Assembly: GCA_024405635.1 (NCBI GenBank) | Contig: JAKSOL010000002.1 | Span: 128,001-192,000 of the forward strand | Reading direction: 5' to 3' | From: Salinivirgaceae bacterium | GTDB lineage: Bacteria; Bacteroidota; Bacteroidia; Bacteroidales; SZUA-534 | Length of the DNA stretch: 64,000 nt | Shown: positions 29,393-40,212 of the stretch, piece after piece | How the letters are laid out: each line of letters begins with the position of its first letter | Position numbering within the stretch: position 1 is the first letter of the stretch | Position numbers and translations under genes: made by a program | Notes under the pieces: model-generated | What the model saw: only the letters and a program-made list of their open reading frames with translations | Told to the model about the DNA's origin: nothing | Database searches by the model: none

Positions 29393-30853
29393 TTATTTGC
29401 TTTGTTCGGCCATTATGGCATCGTATAATTTTTGTGCTACAATGTGTCCGCCTTTGCGGTTAAAGTGAGTGTAGTCTTTTTGTGCAAGTTTGGCGTTAAC
29501 CCATTGAGGCATGCTATTGTGTCCGCCCATGGCTTCAAATAGATTCCAAAATGCGCAACCTTCGGCAAAGGCTGCATTGCGTTGTGCTTCAATAACTTTT
29601 GCAACTTCGGGTTTTGTAACATATCCGTCGGCAGTTTTTTCTGACATGTCCGACGAGCTTACTACAAGAATCTTTGCCTCGGGCATAAGTTGTCTTAAAT
29701 AGTGTAGTTGTCGGCGAAGGCTTTGCTCATAAAAACGGTAGTTTTTTGATTCGTATGCAACTGCGTTTACTCCAAACTCGTAAATAATCAGTCCCACGCT
29801 TAGGTGTTTAACCATTTGTGCCATTTGAGCAAAATTCAGTTTTACAAATTCGGTGCCTATGCTTCCTCTAAACGGTAGATTGTCAACTGCTACACCAGTT
29901 GGCGCATCAAGCGAAATGGCATATATGTTTGGACTATTTGTTGAAGTTAATTCAATGCGGAATTGGTTTGGCGCTTTGTCAAATTTCCACAACAGTTGTT
30001 CGGTTTGGTCAATTGGCTCCAAACTTTCGAACCAAGTAAGCGAATCGTTAACAAAGCCTTTTACGGTAAATGGTTTGGTTGCATAGCCGTAAAATATGCG
30101 GCAACGTGTAAAGTTTTGTACCGATTTGAAAGCCATTGTTGATGGACTAAACTCAATCCATGCCGATTGTTCTTCGCTGCTGTTTTGGTTTGGAGTGAAT
30201 CGGGCAAACCTGCCAAGTATTCCAAATCGGTTTTGCGTGCCTATGGTGTCTTTTTTGTTGTAGATGGAATATACTTGCCAATTTTTTGAAGCTTGGTGGT
30301 CAATTGCCGACGATTTTGCTATTCCCGGAATGGCGGTTATTAAACCTGGTCCGCTTCCGCCATATTTGGTTTGGAAAAGATTGCGCAAGTATCCAGTTAT
30401 GCGGTCGCCTTCAATTTGGCTATCGCCATAATGTAGTATTCTTATTGTTTTGCTGTTGCTCTTTGCAAGTTTTGCAAAAAACTTGGTTAGATGTTCTTTG
30501 TCGGTTGTGGCGTATTCAATAGGTTGAATTTTGCTTGAATTGCTTTTGTGGTTTTGGGCAAGGGGCTGAACAACAGACGGTTCTTCTTTTTTAACTAAAG
30601 TGTCGTGTTTGGCTACGGTATCGGTGTTGGGCGTTTCAGTCAAAGACGGCTCATCGTCGTTCTGAACAATGGCAAGCATTGCCGAGTCGATTATTGAAGA
30701 GGTAGCAATAGTGTCGTGTGAAGGCGTATTTAGTCTGAAATTTAGAACAATGTTGTCGTCAATTTTGATGCCGTTGGGCGGAAAAACTAAAGCTATGGCG
30801 GCCATTGCAAGACCAACCATGGCCATAAACAAAAGTATTCCGCGCGGTTTCAT
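29393..30853 (-). CDS. Membrane-anchored SGNH/GDSL protein (PatB/Ape-like)
   Basis: N-terminal TM; HYGDSQIEGD, FGVN, DYTHF catalytic blocks. Confidence 0.75.
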   Translation of the reverse strand: MKPRGILLFMAMVGLAMAAIALVFPPNGIKIDDNIVLNFRLNTPSHDTIATSSIIDSAMLAIVQNDDEPSLTETPNTDTVAKHDTLVKKEEPSVVQPLAQNHKSNSSKIQPIEYATTDKEHLTKFFAKLAKSNSKTIRILHYGDSQIEGDRITGYLRNLFQTKYGGSGPGLITAIPGIAKSSAIDHQASKNWQVYSIYNKKDTIGTQNRFGILGRFARFTPNQNSSEEQSAWIEFSPSTMAFKSVQNFTRCRIFYGYATKPFTVKGFVNDSLTWFESLEPIDQTEQLLWKFDKAPNQFRIELTSTNSPNIYAISLDAPTGVAVDNLPFRGSIGTEFVKLNFAQMAQMVKHLSVGLIIYEFGVNAVAYESKNYRFYEQSLRRQLHYLRQLMPEAKILVVSSSDMSEKTADGYVTKPEVAKVIEAQRNAAFAEGCAFWNLFEAMGGHNSMPQWVNAKLAQKDYTHFNRKGGHIVAQKLYDAIMAEQSK

Positions 30854-30859
30854 TGCAAA

Positions 30860-32482
30860 CTATCGTTTTATTTTCAGTTTTTGGCCAACGTATATTTTAG
30901 ATGCGCTGCTTAGGTTGTTCCAACTCATAATGTCAGCTTCTGAAACTCCGTTGTACATTTTTGCAATTTCCCAAAGTGTGTCGCCACGTTTAACTGTGTA
31001 GGTTTCAAACTCGCCAGTGTTGTTGTTCGAACTTGAACTCTGTTGTTGAGTTGTAGTGGTGCTACTTTTTCCAACCGAAGCTTGTTTTTCGCTGAAATTC
31101 ATTGTGTTAATGTTTTTGTATTTGCTCACTTTGCTTGTGGGCACATAAACTGTGAGTTTTTGTCCAGCGCGAATGGTGTTTCGTAGCAAACCATTCCAAT
31201 ATTTAATGTCGTCAACGCGAACATTATACCAACTTGAAATGTATCCCAAGTTATCGCCAGATTTAACTGTGTAAATCAATTTTGTATAGTTGCCCTTTGG
31301 AGGTAGTCCGGGTTTGCCAGTGGCGGCGGTGCGAACGGGCGTGCGTTCCATAGCCGAAGGGTTAAAGTATAACGAATCTTTGTAGTGCGAAATACTATCT
31401 TGTAAGTCGATGAATCTTAATATTTGGTTTGCAGGTAACCTTAGAGCGTATGGTTTTGTGGCTGCAGGAATAATGTCGTGTCTAAATTGAGGATTAAGGT
31501 TGCGAAGTTGGTCAACCGAAATGTTCATAAAGTGGCTAATTTGCTCAAAATGAATGTTTTGGTTTAGCATAACCGAATCGCAAAGAATAGGCATTGAACT
31601 TTTGTTAGCTTTTAAATTGTGTTCGGCATAATAGTTCATTACGTAAGTTGCTGCAATAAAGGCAGGTACGTAACCTCGTGTTTCGCGTGGCAGATAGTAG
31701 TAAATGTCCCAATAGTTGCGTTTCCCACCGCTGCGGCGAATGGCTTTATTTACGTTTCCAGGACCGCAGTTGTATGCGGCTATCACCAAAATCCAATCGT
31801 GATAAGTTTTGTACATATCGTTTAAGAAATTGGCGGCTGCGTATGTGGCTTTAATTGGGTCGCGGCGTTCATCAATCAAACTGTTTATTTCCAATTTGTA
31901 AAGACGCCCAGTGCCGTACATAAACTGCCACAAGCCAGTTGCTCCAACTTTTGAAACAGCATTAGGGTTAAGTGCCGATTCAATAACTGCAAGGTATTTT
32001 AGCTCAATGGGCATTTGTTTTGAATCGAATATCTCTTCAAAAATGGGGAAGTAATAATCGGCAAGACCAAGCATGTTTTCAACCAAATCTCTACGCTTGT
32101 GAGTGTAAAGATGAATGTAGTTGCGAATCATTGAGTTGTACGACACTTCAACCATAAGTGGTAGTTGACGTAGGCGCTCGCGATATACCGAATCGGGAAA
32201 TTCTGGAATGTTTGCCAAGCCTGCAGTGTCGGGTGTAATAAACGAAGTGTCATTGCCTAACGACACTTGTTTGTCGAACCACAATGCGCTCAAACTATCA
32301 ACTTTTTCGTTTATTGAGTCAATTGGTTCGGTGTAAACTGCCCACAAAGTGTCAATTGCAGGTGCGGTGTCGGTAATGCTTGTTGTGTCGGTAATTTGTT
32401 GGTTTAGAGTGTTGTTTGCCGATGCAAAAAACGATGCCATGAGTATGACTAAAACCAAAATCGAGTTTCGGAAATATTTCAT
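30860..32482 (-). CDS. mltD: Lytic murein transglycosylase D with two LysM domains
   Basis: [29 protein letters not shown]; YTVKSGDNL and YTVKRGDTL LysM. Confidence 0.92.
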   Translation of the reverse strand: MKYFRNSILVLVILMASFFASANNTLNQQITDTTSITDTAPAIDTLWAVYTEPIDSINEKVDSLSALWFDKQVSLGNDTSFITPDTAGLANIPEFPDSVYRERLRQLPLMVEVSYNSMIRNYIHLYTHKRRDLVENMLGLADYYFPIFEEIFDSKQMPIELKYLAVIESALNPNAVSKVGATGLWQFMYGTGRLYKLEINSLIDERRDPIKATYAAANFLNDMYKTYHDWILVIAAYNCGPGNVNKAIRRSGGKRNYWDIYYYLPRETRGYVPAFIAATYVMNYYAEHNLKANKSSMPILCDSVMLNQNIHFEQISHFMNISVDQLRNLNPQFRHDIIPAATKPYALRLPANQILRFIDLQDSISHYKDSLYFNPSAMERTPVRTAATGKPGLPPKGNYTKLIYTVKSGDNLGYISSWYNVRVDDIKYWNGLLRNTIRAGQKLTVYVPTSKVSKYKNINTMNFSEKQASVGKSSTTTTQQQSSSSNNNTGEFETYTVKRGDTLWEIAKMYNGVSEADIMSWNNLSSASKIYVGQKLKIKR

Positions 32483-32485
32483 TAT

Positions 32486-33082
32486 CTAAAATTGTATTGT
32501 ACAACGCACTCCAAGTGGAATGTCGTTTGCTTTGCATGCTGTTTCGGTTGGTACTATTGGCGAAACAAGTGCCGGGTCAATGTTTATTGCTAGGTTTTTG
32601 TCTATTGTAAAGTTGAAAAAGTGAGCGTCAACGTTGGCATCAACAATTTGTAAGAAATAAAGTGCACCAATGCCAATAATACACAAGTCGCGGTAGCGTT
32701 GCCACGAGTTTTTTAGTTTTTGCGCATTGGCTTGGTTGCTTACGTAAATTGGATTGGTGTTAGGGTCGTTGTCGGTTATATATTTAAAGTCGCGACGGTA
32801 CTTCTGGTAAATGGTGTTGTTGTAACTTGTAAAGTATATTAGACCAGTAAAACCACCATAAATGATAGGAACTTTCCAATATTTCTCGTTGTAAACCTGA
32901 CCAAGTCCAGGAATCATGGCCGATAAAAAAGCAGCGCGTCGGGGCGAGTGCTTTTCTTGAAATGCACTATCGGGAATGTTGTAGCCGTCGGCATATTGCG
33001 CATGGGCGTTTGTAGTGCACAATAACGAGAGTGCAGCAATCGCCAATACACACAATAATTGATGAGCTTTTTTCACTTGCAA
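32486..33082 (-). CDS. DUF5683-family membrane protein
   Basis: SAMIPGLGQVYNEKYWKVPIIYGG, IVDANVDAHF; usual position after parB; start codon (TTG/GTG) uncertain. Confidence 0.8.
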   Translation of the reverse strand: MQVKKAHQLLCVLAIAALSLLCTTNAHAQYADGYNIPDSAFQEKHSPRRAAFLSAMIPGLGQVYNEKYWKVPIIYGGFTGLIYFTSYNNTIYQKYRRDFKYITDNDPNTNPIYVSNQANAQKLKNSWQRYRDLCIIGIGALYFLQIVDANVDAHFFNFTIDKNLAINIDPALVSPIVPTETACKANDIPLGVRCTIQF

Positions 33083-33092
33083 AGCAAAAATG

Positions 33093-33986
33093 TTATTTGT
33101 TCAATTGGTCAAACAAACCTATTATTTGTTGCAGTTCGTCGTCGTTTTTAAACGAAATAACAAGTTTGCCAGCGCCTTTTTCGTTGCACGAAAGTTGCAC
33201 TTTTGAGTTGAACATGCTACCCAATTTGCTTTCCAATTCAACAAAATCGTTGTTTTTGGGCTTATTCTTGTTTGGCTTTTTGGCTTTTGGTCCTGCTTTT
33301 AATTCGTTTGCAGCCTCCTCAAGTTGGCGCACCGACAGACCTTCGGTTAATATTCTTTCAAGAAGAAAAGTTTGGTCGTTGGCGTCTTCAACAGTGATAA
33401 GCGCTTTGGCATGTCCAGTAGTTATTTTGCTTTGACGCAATGCAACTTGAATAGCGTCGGGCAATTTAAGTAGGCGAACATAGTTTGCAATGGTTGAACG
33501 TTGCTTGCCAACTTTGTCGCTCAATGCTTCTTGTGTAAGGTTGCATTCGTTCATCAATCGTTGGTAGCTTAACGCTATTTCAATTGGGTCCAAATCTTGG
33601 CGTTGAATGTTTTCAGTAAGGGCCAAGAACAGAACATCCTCATCGCCAGCGGTGCGTACGTAGGCTGGAATGGTTTCTTTGTTTGCCAATTTTGAAGCTC
33701 TCCAACGACGCTCGCCTGAAATAATTTGGTAGCGTCCATTTGCTGTTTGGCGAACTGTAATTGGTTGAATAAGACCAAATTGAGCAATTGAAATTGATAG
33801 CTCGTTAAGGGCTTCTTCGTCAAAAGCTGTGCGAGGTTGGTCTGGGTTTGGGTCTATTAGACTGATGCTTATTTCGTTAATCGATGGGTTGTTTTCGTTT
33901 ATGTTTTTTGTAGCATCGCCTAGCAAGTCGGCCAAACCACCGTTGCCAATTTTGTCAAATCCTCTGCCTAATGCTTGCTTTTTCAT
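33093..33986 (-). CDS. parB: Chromosome partitioning protein ParB
   Basis: ALGRG, NPDQPR, QPITVR, GERRWRA, ENIQR. Confidence 0.95.
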   Translation of the reverse strand: MKKQALGRGFDKIGNGGLADLLGDATKNINENNPSINEISISLIDPNPDQPRTAFDEEALNELSISIAQFGLIQPITVRQTANGRYQIISGERRWRASKLANKETIPAYVRTAGDEDVLFLALTENIQRQDLDPIEIALSYQRLMNECNLTQEALSDKVGKQRSTIANYVRLLKLPDAIQVALRQSKITTGHAKALITVEDANDQTFLLERILTEGLSVRQLEEAANELKAGPKAKKPNKNKPKNNDFVELESKLGSMFNSKVQLSCNEKGAGKLVISFKNDDELQQIIGLFDQLNK

Positions 33987-34000
33987 ATTTTGAAATGATG

Positions 34001-34780
34001 TTATTCGTTAGAAATCATACCGTTGCGTTGCAAAAGTTCGCGCGCAAGGTTCATATAGTTGGTCGATCCTTTGTCGTCAATTGCGTAAAGCATAATAGGT
34101 TTGCCAAAACTTGGAGCCTCGCTTAAACGCACACTGCGTGAAATAAGTGTATCAAAAACCATTGTGGTAAAGTGTGTGCGTACTTCTTCAACAATTTGGT
34201 TGGCAAGGCGCAAACGCGAGTCGTACATGGTGCAAAGGAATCCTTCAATTTTAAGTTCGGTATTTAAACCGCGGCGAATAATTTTAATAGTGTTGAGCAG
34301 TTTGCCTAAACCCTCAAGCGCGTAATACTCGCATTGTACAGGAATAATAACCGAATTTGATGCGGTGAGCGAGTTTACTGAAAGTAGACCTAATGATGGC
34401 GAGCAATCAATAAAAATGAAGTCGTAATCGGTGGTGATGTTGCTAATTGCATTTTTCATCACTTTTTCGCGGTCGGGGCGTTGAATCAGTTTTATTTCGG
34501 CACCAACAAGGTTTATGTTCGATGGCAAAATGTCAAGAGTTGGCAATTCGGTGTGTTGAATGGCCAAGTTTGGATCGGCATCCTCGCACAAACACTCGTA
34601 TAATCCAATTTTTATCTCGTCAAGGTCAATACCCAAGCCCGACGATGCGTTTCCTTGTGGGTCGGCATCAATCAATAGTACTTTATACTCAAGTGTGGCG
34701 AGGGCTGCAGCTAGGTTTACTGCCGACGTGGTTTTGCCTACGCCGCCTTTTTGGTTTGATAGTGCGATTATTTTTGCCAT
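34001..34780 (-). CDS. parA: Chromosome partitioning ATPase ParA/Soj
   Basis: [42 protein letters not shown]. Confidence 0.96.
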   Translation of the reverse strand: MAKIIALSNQKGGVGKTTSAVNLAAALATLEYKVLLIDADPQGNASSGLGIDLDEIKIGLYECLCEDADPNLAIQHTELPTLDILPSNINLVGAEIKLIQRPDREKVMKNAISNITTDYDFIFIDCSPSLGLLSVNSLTASNSVIIPVQCEYYALEGLGKLLNTIKIIRRGLNTELKIEGFLCTMYDSRLRLANQIVEEVRTHFTTMVFDTLISRSVRLSEAPSFGKPIMLYAIDDKGSTNYMNLARELLQRNGMISNE

Positions 34781-35110
34781 ATATTTTTTGTATTATATTG
34801 TTATTCAGTGTGATGCTTGTTTGTGATTTCTCTCTTAAAGCGGCTTGCAAGTTAACTAAAAAATGGCACGGGACTAGTCAAGTTATTAACATGCGCAGAA
34901 TGTCTAAATTTTTAATAATTGAGCCTATTCGCATTTGTGTGCACTGTAAATCAATTTGTTACATAACTACTGCGTTGAACTCATGGCTTGCTAATGAAAA
35001 TCTTTTTTCTACAAAAATGAGTGATTGGCTACTGTGTTTTTTTTAAATGTGCTAACTGATTGATTTATTGCTTTGATGATAACATTATTTGGGTAACTTT
35101 GTTGCGTAAT

Positions 35111-35184
<74 letters not shown>

Positions 35185-35185
35185 C

Positions 35186-35224
35186 AAAAAAGCAACTATC
35201 CAATGCTGAATAGTTGCTTTTTTT
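35186..35224. terminator. Bidirectional terminator between tRNA-Ala and mnmA
   Basis: AAAAAAGCAACTAT...ATAGTTGCTTTTTT. Confidence 0.8.
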
Positions 35225-35245
35225 GTTATAGTTTGTATGTGTGGG

Positions 35246-36325
35246 TTAATCAATAAAACCTCCGCCTAATAAAACTTCATTGTCGTAAAATACTGCTGAT
35301 TGCCCAGGAGTTACCGAGTCGATTGGGTTGTCAAAGGTTATTTTTATTTTGTCGCCAATGGGCTCAAGCGTGGCACTCCCACCGCTGCTACGATAACGTA
35401 TTCGCACCATGGCTTTTATTGGTTTTGCATTGGGTTGCATTTTCATAAAGTTGCAATTTGAAACAACAACGATGTTGCTTAGCAGGTCGTCTTTTGTTCC
35501 TAAAGTAACTTCGTTTGTTGCGGCATTGATGTGGGTAACGTACATGGGCTGACCAAGTGCTATTTGTAGCCCCTTGCGTTGCCCAATAGTGTAGTTCGGA
35601 AATCCTTTGTGCTGTCCAAGTACTTTTCCTTGCTTATCAATATAGTTGCCTGGCTTAATGGTTAAATATTCTGGAGAGTTGTTGTTCAAAAAGTTCCGAT
35701 AATCATTATCGGGGACAAAACATATTTCTTGCGATTCTCGTTTTTTCGACAATTTTATGTAGCCACGGTCGGCTGCCATTTGGCGCACTTCAAGTTTAGT
35801 AAAATCGCCAAGCGGAAATAGTGTTCGTTTAAGGTTTTCTTGCGATAGTCTCCACAAGAAATATGATTGGTCTTTGGTTAAGTCTTTGCCTTTACGTATG
35901 AAGTAGCGCCCGTCTTCGCAACCTATTTTTGCATAGTGACCAGTTGCAATGTAGTTGCAACCTAGTTCATCGGCCTTGTCAATAAGTGCGCCCCACTTGA
36001 TGAATTCGTTGCACACGACGCAAGGATTTGGAGTGCGCCCTTTTAAATATTCGCTTACAAAATTGCTTATAACGGTTTCTTTAAACAATTCTCTGATGTC
36101 AAGAATCTGATGCTCAAAACCTAAGTCGGTTGCAATTTTTTTTGCTTCAAAAATTGAATCTACTGAGCAGCAGCCAGTTTCGTGTTCCATGCATGCTTTT
36201 GATATGCTGTCCCATGAGCGAAAAGTAACACCCACCAATTCGTACCCTTGCTCAATAAGCAACATGGCGGCCACTGTGCTATCAATGCCACCACTCATAG
36301 CCATCAGTACTTTTCCTTTGCTCAT
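35246..36325 (-). CDS. mnmA: tRNA-specific 2-thiouridylase
   Basis: AMSGGIDS, GRTPNPCVVCN, ATGHYA, KDQSYFL, ESQEICF, YTIGQRKGL, TPGQSAVFY. Confidence 0.97.
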   Translation of the reverse strand: MSKGKVLMAMSGGIDSTVAAMLLIEQGYELVGVTFRSWDSISKACMEHETGCCSVDSIFEAKKIATDLGFEHQILDIRELFKETVISNFVSEYLKGRTPNPCVVCNEFIKWGALIDKADELGCNYIATGHYAKIGCEDGRYFIRKGKDLTKDQSYFLWRLSQENLKRTLFPLGDFTKLEVRQMAADRGYIKLSKKRESQEICFVPDNDYRNFLNNNSPEYLTIKPGNYIDKQGKVLGQHKGFPNYTIGQRKGLQIALGQPMYVTHINAATNEVTLGTKDDLLSNIVVVSNCNFMKMQPNAKPIKAMVRIRYRSSGGSATLEPIGDKIKITFDNPIDSVTPGQSAVFYDNEVLLGGGFID

Positions 36326-36452
36326 GTTTTATTAGTAAAAAAGAGAGGTTCAACGTATGTTCGGTGCGCAAAAATATCAATTTCACAACAATTTATTCGT
36401 TTGGTATTAAAAATGGAAAAAGTGCAACTTGCTGTCAGTGAACTTAACGTTG

Positions 36453-37340
36453 TTAACTCACGTTGCGCATTCTGAATTTGAGAGGAGTTGATCCCGTTTC
36501 TTTTTTAAAGCACTTGATAAAGTAGTTTGTGTCGGTAAATCCAATCTCGGTTGCAATATCAGCAATGGCCATGTTGGTTTCGCGCAAAAGTCTGCGGGCT
36601 GTTTGTATGCGTATTTGTATCAAGTATATTGACGGCGATGAGCCTACTGCCTTTTTGAAAATGCGCTGAAAGTTTCGCACCGACATGTTCGACATTTCGG
36701 CCAACTGTTCAAGGTATATTTTTGAATTGTGGTTGTATTCGAGGTAGCTTATAACTTTGCCGATGCGCATAAGGGCTTGAGCTTCAGTGGTTTCAAGCTG
36801 CGAGTAGTGGCGCGATAGTAGTACAATTAGTTCTTCAAGTCGGTTTGCTATTATTATTTCGTAGCCTTCGTGCTTGCTGTTTTGTTCAAGAATCATGGTG
36901 TTAACCACATATTCAATTTTTGCCATATCGGCACGCTCAATGTGTAGTCGGTTTTTAAAGTGATGTTGTGTACGGTATTGTGGTTCAAGAAAAAAAAGAG
37001 CCTTGTAGCCTTCCATCTGTTTTACGTTTTGCGAAATGTTCACACGGTGACTGTCGTACATAATATTCACAATCTCAAGGTTTCCCGCATCTTTAAAGTA
37101 ATGGTGTTGGTTTCCTTGCAGAACAAACGCATCGCCGGCCGACACCATATACTCGTTATTGTCAATAACTTGCATGCCTTGCCCTCTTATAATAAGCACA
37201 ATTTCGGTAAAGTCGTGGTAGTGCTCAATTTCGGTTAGGTCGGCAACGTGCGTAATGTTTTGCATGCGCTCAACCTTGCAAATGTGAATCGGGTAATTGT
37301 TTATGCCGAAATAGTCCGATCCGAGTGCTTTGGTTGGCAT
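36453..37340 (-). CDS. AraC-family regulator with cupin domain (RhaS/RhaR-like)
   Basis: EHYHDFTEIV cupin; C-terminal double HTH with GFTDTNYF. Confidence 0.88.
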   Translation of the reverse strand: MPTKALGSDYFGINNYPIHICKVERMQNITHVADLTEIEHYHDFTEIVLIIRGQGMQVIDNNEYMVSAGDAFVLQGNQHHYFKDAGNLEIVNIMYDSHRVNISQNVKQMEGYKALFFLEPQYRTQHHFKNRLHIERADMAKIEYVVNTMILEQNSKHEGYEIIIANRLEELIVLLSRHYSQLETTEAQALMRIGKVISYLEYNHNSKIYLEQLAEMSNMSVRNFQRIFKKAVGSSPSIYLIQIRIQTARRLLRETNMAIADIATEIGFTDTNYFIKCFKKETGSTPLKFRMRNVS

Positions 37341-37371
37341 GGTGGGAAAGTTGAACTAGTGGTTCTGCTTT

Positions 37372-38475
37372 TTACACGTTAAAGCGGAAGTGCATAATGT
37401 CGCCATCTTGTGGCTCGTAGTCTTTGCCTTCAACTCCAATTTTACCCGATTCGCGGCAAGCGGCCTCAGAACCAAGCTCAATGTAGTCGTCGTATTTAAT
37501 AACCTCGGCGCGAATAAAGCCTTTCTCAAAATCGGTGTGAATAACGCCAGCGCATTGTGGTGCTTTCATTCCGTGGCGGAAAGTCCAAGCGCGAGTTTCG
37601 TCGGCTCCAGTTGTGAAGAAAGTGCGAAGGTTGAGTAGGTTGTAGGCTGATTTTATCAGTTTTGAAACGCCTGCTTCTTCAAGTCCAAGGTCGTTAAGGA
37701 ACATTTGGCGTTCGTCGTAACTTTCAAGTTCGGCAATGTCGGCCTCAATGGCTGCACCAATAATAAGCACTTCGGCGTGTTCGTCTTTCACTGCTTCTTT
37801 TAATGCTTCGGTGTATTTGTTTCCAGTTTTTACTGATGCCTCGTCAACGTTGCAAACGTACATTACTGGTTTGTCGGTTAAAAGATTAAGGTCGCTTAGT
37901 AGTTCTTTTTTTACTGCAGCGTCAACGTCAACCACGCGGGCCGATTGTCCTTTAAGTAGCACGTCTTTATATTGAAGCAGCAATTCAAGTTGCTTTTGAG
38001 CTTTTTTGTCGTTGCCAACGCGAGCTATTTTTTCAACTTTGTTAATGCGGTTTTCAATCGTTTCAAGGTCTTTTAGTTGTAGCTCAATGTCAATCACTTC
38101 TTTGTCGCGCACTGGGTCAATTGAGCCGTCAACGTGGGTAATGTTGTTGTCTTCAAAGCAACGCAACACGTGTATAATGGCATCGGTTTCGCGAATGTTT
38201 GCCAAGAATTTGTTGCCCAAGCCTTCGCCTTTGCTGGCACCTTTTACAAGTCCGGCAATGTCCACAATTTCAATTGTGGTTGGAATGATGCGTTTTGGGT
38301 TGTCAATGGCAGCAAGTGCGTTTAGTCGTTCGTCGGGAACAGTTATCACTCCCAAGTTTGGCTCAATGGTGCAGAATGGAAAGTTTGCTGCTTGAGCTTT
38401 GGCGTTTGATAGACAATTGAAAAGTGTTGATTTGCCTACGTTTGGCAAACCTACTATACCGCATTGCAATGACAT
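37372..38475 (-). CDS. ychF: Redox-regulated ATPase YchF
   Basis: GIVGLPNVGKST, NFPFCTIEPN, DIAGLVKGASKGEGLGN, IHTDFEKGFIRAE; TACTTTTG box at 38500-38507. Confidence 0.97.
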   Translation of the reverse strand: MSLQCGIVGLPNVGKSTLFNCLSNAKAQAANFPFCTIEPNLGVITVPDERLNALAAIDNPKRIIPTTIEIVDIAGLVKGASKGEGLGNKFLANIRETDAIIHVLRCFEDNNITHVDGSIDPVRDKEVIDIELQLKDLETIENRINKVEKIARVGNDKKAQKQLELLLQYKDVLLKGQSARVVDVDAAVKKELLSDLNLLTDKPVMYVCNVDEASVKTGNKYTEALKEAVKDEHAEVLIIGAAIEADIAELESYDERQMFLNDLGLEEAGVSKLIKSAYNLLNLRTFFTTGADETRAWTFRHGMKAPQCAGVIHTDFEKGFIRAEVIKYDDYIELGSEAACRESGKIGVEGKDYEPQDGDIMHFRFNV

Positions 38476-38598
38476 ATTCTCAAAATTTTAGTTAGGCCGC
38501 AAAAGTAAACTTTTCGTAATAGCTTTCTCGTATTTAGTAGTTCGATTTTTTTTCGATGCTTGTATGTGGCGAGTTATTTGTAAGGCTCATTTCTGAGC

Positions 38599-39243
38599 TT
38601 ACATGGCTGGCTTAATGTTAAGGTTTACGCCAAGCGACTGCTCGCAGTCAATAATAGTCCAACTGCCGCTAGGGTAAATGTGCTCAACTCGTTTTGGGTA
38701 TCCGCGGTCAATTAGTTCATTTACAACTGAGTCGCGGCGATTGCCAACAGCAAAGCCTAAGTGGTGAACTCCGTATCCGTGCTCGCGAATAAATTCGTTG
38801 TATGTGTTTGGATTGTTGTCAAGAACTTGGTGCAACTCTATAATGAATCCTTGTGGTGCCATTATTGATGCAAGTTTAAGTCCGTACTTGTAGTTTTTGC
38901 CGTAGTACATTAAGTTGGGGTCGGTTGTTTCAACTGTTTGGAGTATGCGTATTTCTGGTATGGGTACGTTAAGTAGTTGTGACCATTCTTTGGCGGCAAC
39001 TTCAATGTCTTCAACTATAATGGCAATTTGAATAAATCCGTTCAAATCCAAAGGGTTTTGCATTACTCCGCGATTTGGGTTTAGTTGCAGTTTTTGGTTT
39101 TGTGCTGCCCAAAGTTCTGGATTGGTAATTTGTAATGAGTCTGCAACATTATTATTTGTTTGTTGGGTTTGTGGTGCTTTTGATGTGCACGATGCCAATA
39201 GTATTGCGGCAAACACTCCTGTGGCTAATAGTATCTTTTTCAT
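38599..39243 (-). CDS. Lipoprotein with VOC (glyoxalase/epimerase-like) domain
   Basis: Lipobox ILLASC; QIAIIVEDIE, IELHQ, GVHHLGF. Confidence 0.75.
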   Translation of the reverse strand: MKKILLATGVFAAILLASCTSKAPQTQQTNNNVADSLQITNPELWAAQNQKLQLNPNRGVMQNPLDLNGFIQIAIIVEDIEVAAKEWSQLLNVPIPEIRILQTVETTDPNLMYYGKNYKYGLKLASIMAPQGFIIELHQVLDNNPNTYNEFIREHGYGVHHLGFAVGNRRDSVVNELIDRGYPKRVEHIYPSGSWTIIDCEQSLGVNLNIKPAM

Positions 39244-39275
39244 TTTCAATAATTTATTTGGAACTTAAAACTTAA

Positions 39276-40127
39276 TTATGCTTTTGCTTGTGGCGAATTT
39301 TGATCAATCATCATCAGTTCAACTTTGTTGCCATCTGGGTCGTGTATCCATGCTTGCCAGTTTAAATCTGCTGAAGTTTTTGGTTCTTGGTCAATTTCAA
39401 CGCCAATTGATCGTAATCGTTCTACATCTTCAAGTAAGTTGTCGGTTTCGAGGCAAATGTGTTGGAATCCGCGCGAATTCCAGCCTGTGTTTGGGTTTTC
39501 GCCTTTGCCGTTGGGTATGAGTTCCAAATATACACCGTCGGCCATTCGTACATAATGTAGCCAAGGTTCGCCTTTGTCGTTGTTTTGTATTCCAACGAGT
39601 TTCATTCCAAGTTTGTTGCAATAAAAGTCAAGCGATGCATCAATGTCTTTGCAAACAAAACAAGCGTGACCTATACCAACGTAGCCGTCGCGGCCGAATT
39701 GGTAAGGTTTTTCGTTGCTTTGCATTTGTACCGACTCGGGCGTGTATTCTTGCAGTTCAATTCCGTTGCCGTCGGGGTCGTAAAGCCATAGATTTTTACA
39801 TCCGCTAGGTTCAAGTTGAGGTTCGGGCGATTTAATGTAGCCTTTGTCGTATATTTCTTGTAGTGTTTTGCGAATGTTGCCAACTGTAACGCATAAATGG
39901 TTGTATCCAGTTTTTTCAAAGTCGAAAGCATAGTCGCGGTCGTTTTGTCCGCCGTAAAAAAGTTCTAGAAAGTGACCTTTGCATATTTTTAGATAAATAA
40001 TCCAAGGGTCGCCGTTTTCTTTGTGAAGTTCAAAAACTTTTTTCCATCCAAAAACGTTTTCAAAAAACGCTATGCTCTTGTCCATATCTAATGGGTTCAA
40101 GGCAATGTGAGCAATGTCTTTAATCAT
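39276..40127 (-). CDS. Tandem-domain VOC/glyoxalase family protein
   Basis: Two repeats of H..l...D.d.S..F...LELF/I...H.C...w..DPDGN..EL. Confidence 0.85.
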   Translation of the reverse strand: MIKDIAHIALNPLDMDKSIAFFENVFGWKKVFELHKENGDPWIIYLKICKGHFLELFYGGQNDRDYAFDFEKTGYNHLCVTVGNIRKTLQEIYDKGYIKSPEPQLEPSGCKNLWLYDPDGNGIELQEYTPESVQMQSNEKPYQFGRDGYVGIGHACFVCKDIDASLDFYCNKLGMKLVGIQNNDKGEPWLHYVRMADGVYLELIPNGKGENPNTGWNSRGFQHICLETDNLLEDVERLRSIGVEIDQEPKTSADLNWQAWIHDPDGNKVELMMIDQNSPQAKA

Positions 40128-40212
40128 GTTTGGTTATATTAATGTTTGGTGTTTGCTAAGTTAGTGTTTGTGGTAAAATATCAGCATTGTTTTATAGTGC
40201 GATTGTTTGACT

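Noticed and set aside
34447-35046. 199-aa plus-strand ORF and similar antisense ORFs (e.g. 942-1514, 2852-3376, 48071-48502, 62995-63327)
   Set aside because: Shadow frames opposite well-supported genes, with no recognisable motifs.
33093-35100. Plasmid partition locus or parS site
   Set aside because: Chromosomal parA-parB-DUF5683-mltD context; no TGTTTCACGTGAAACA-like site found by eye.
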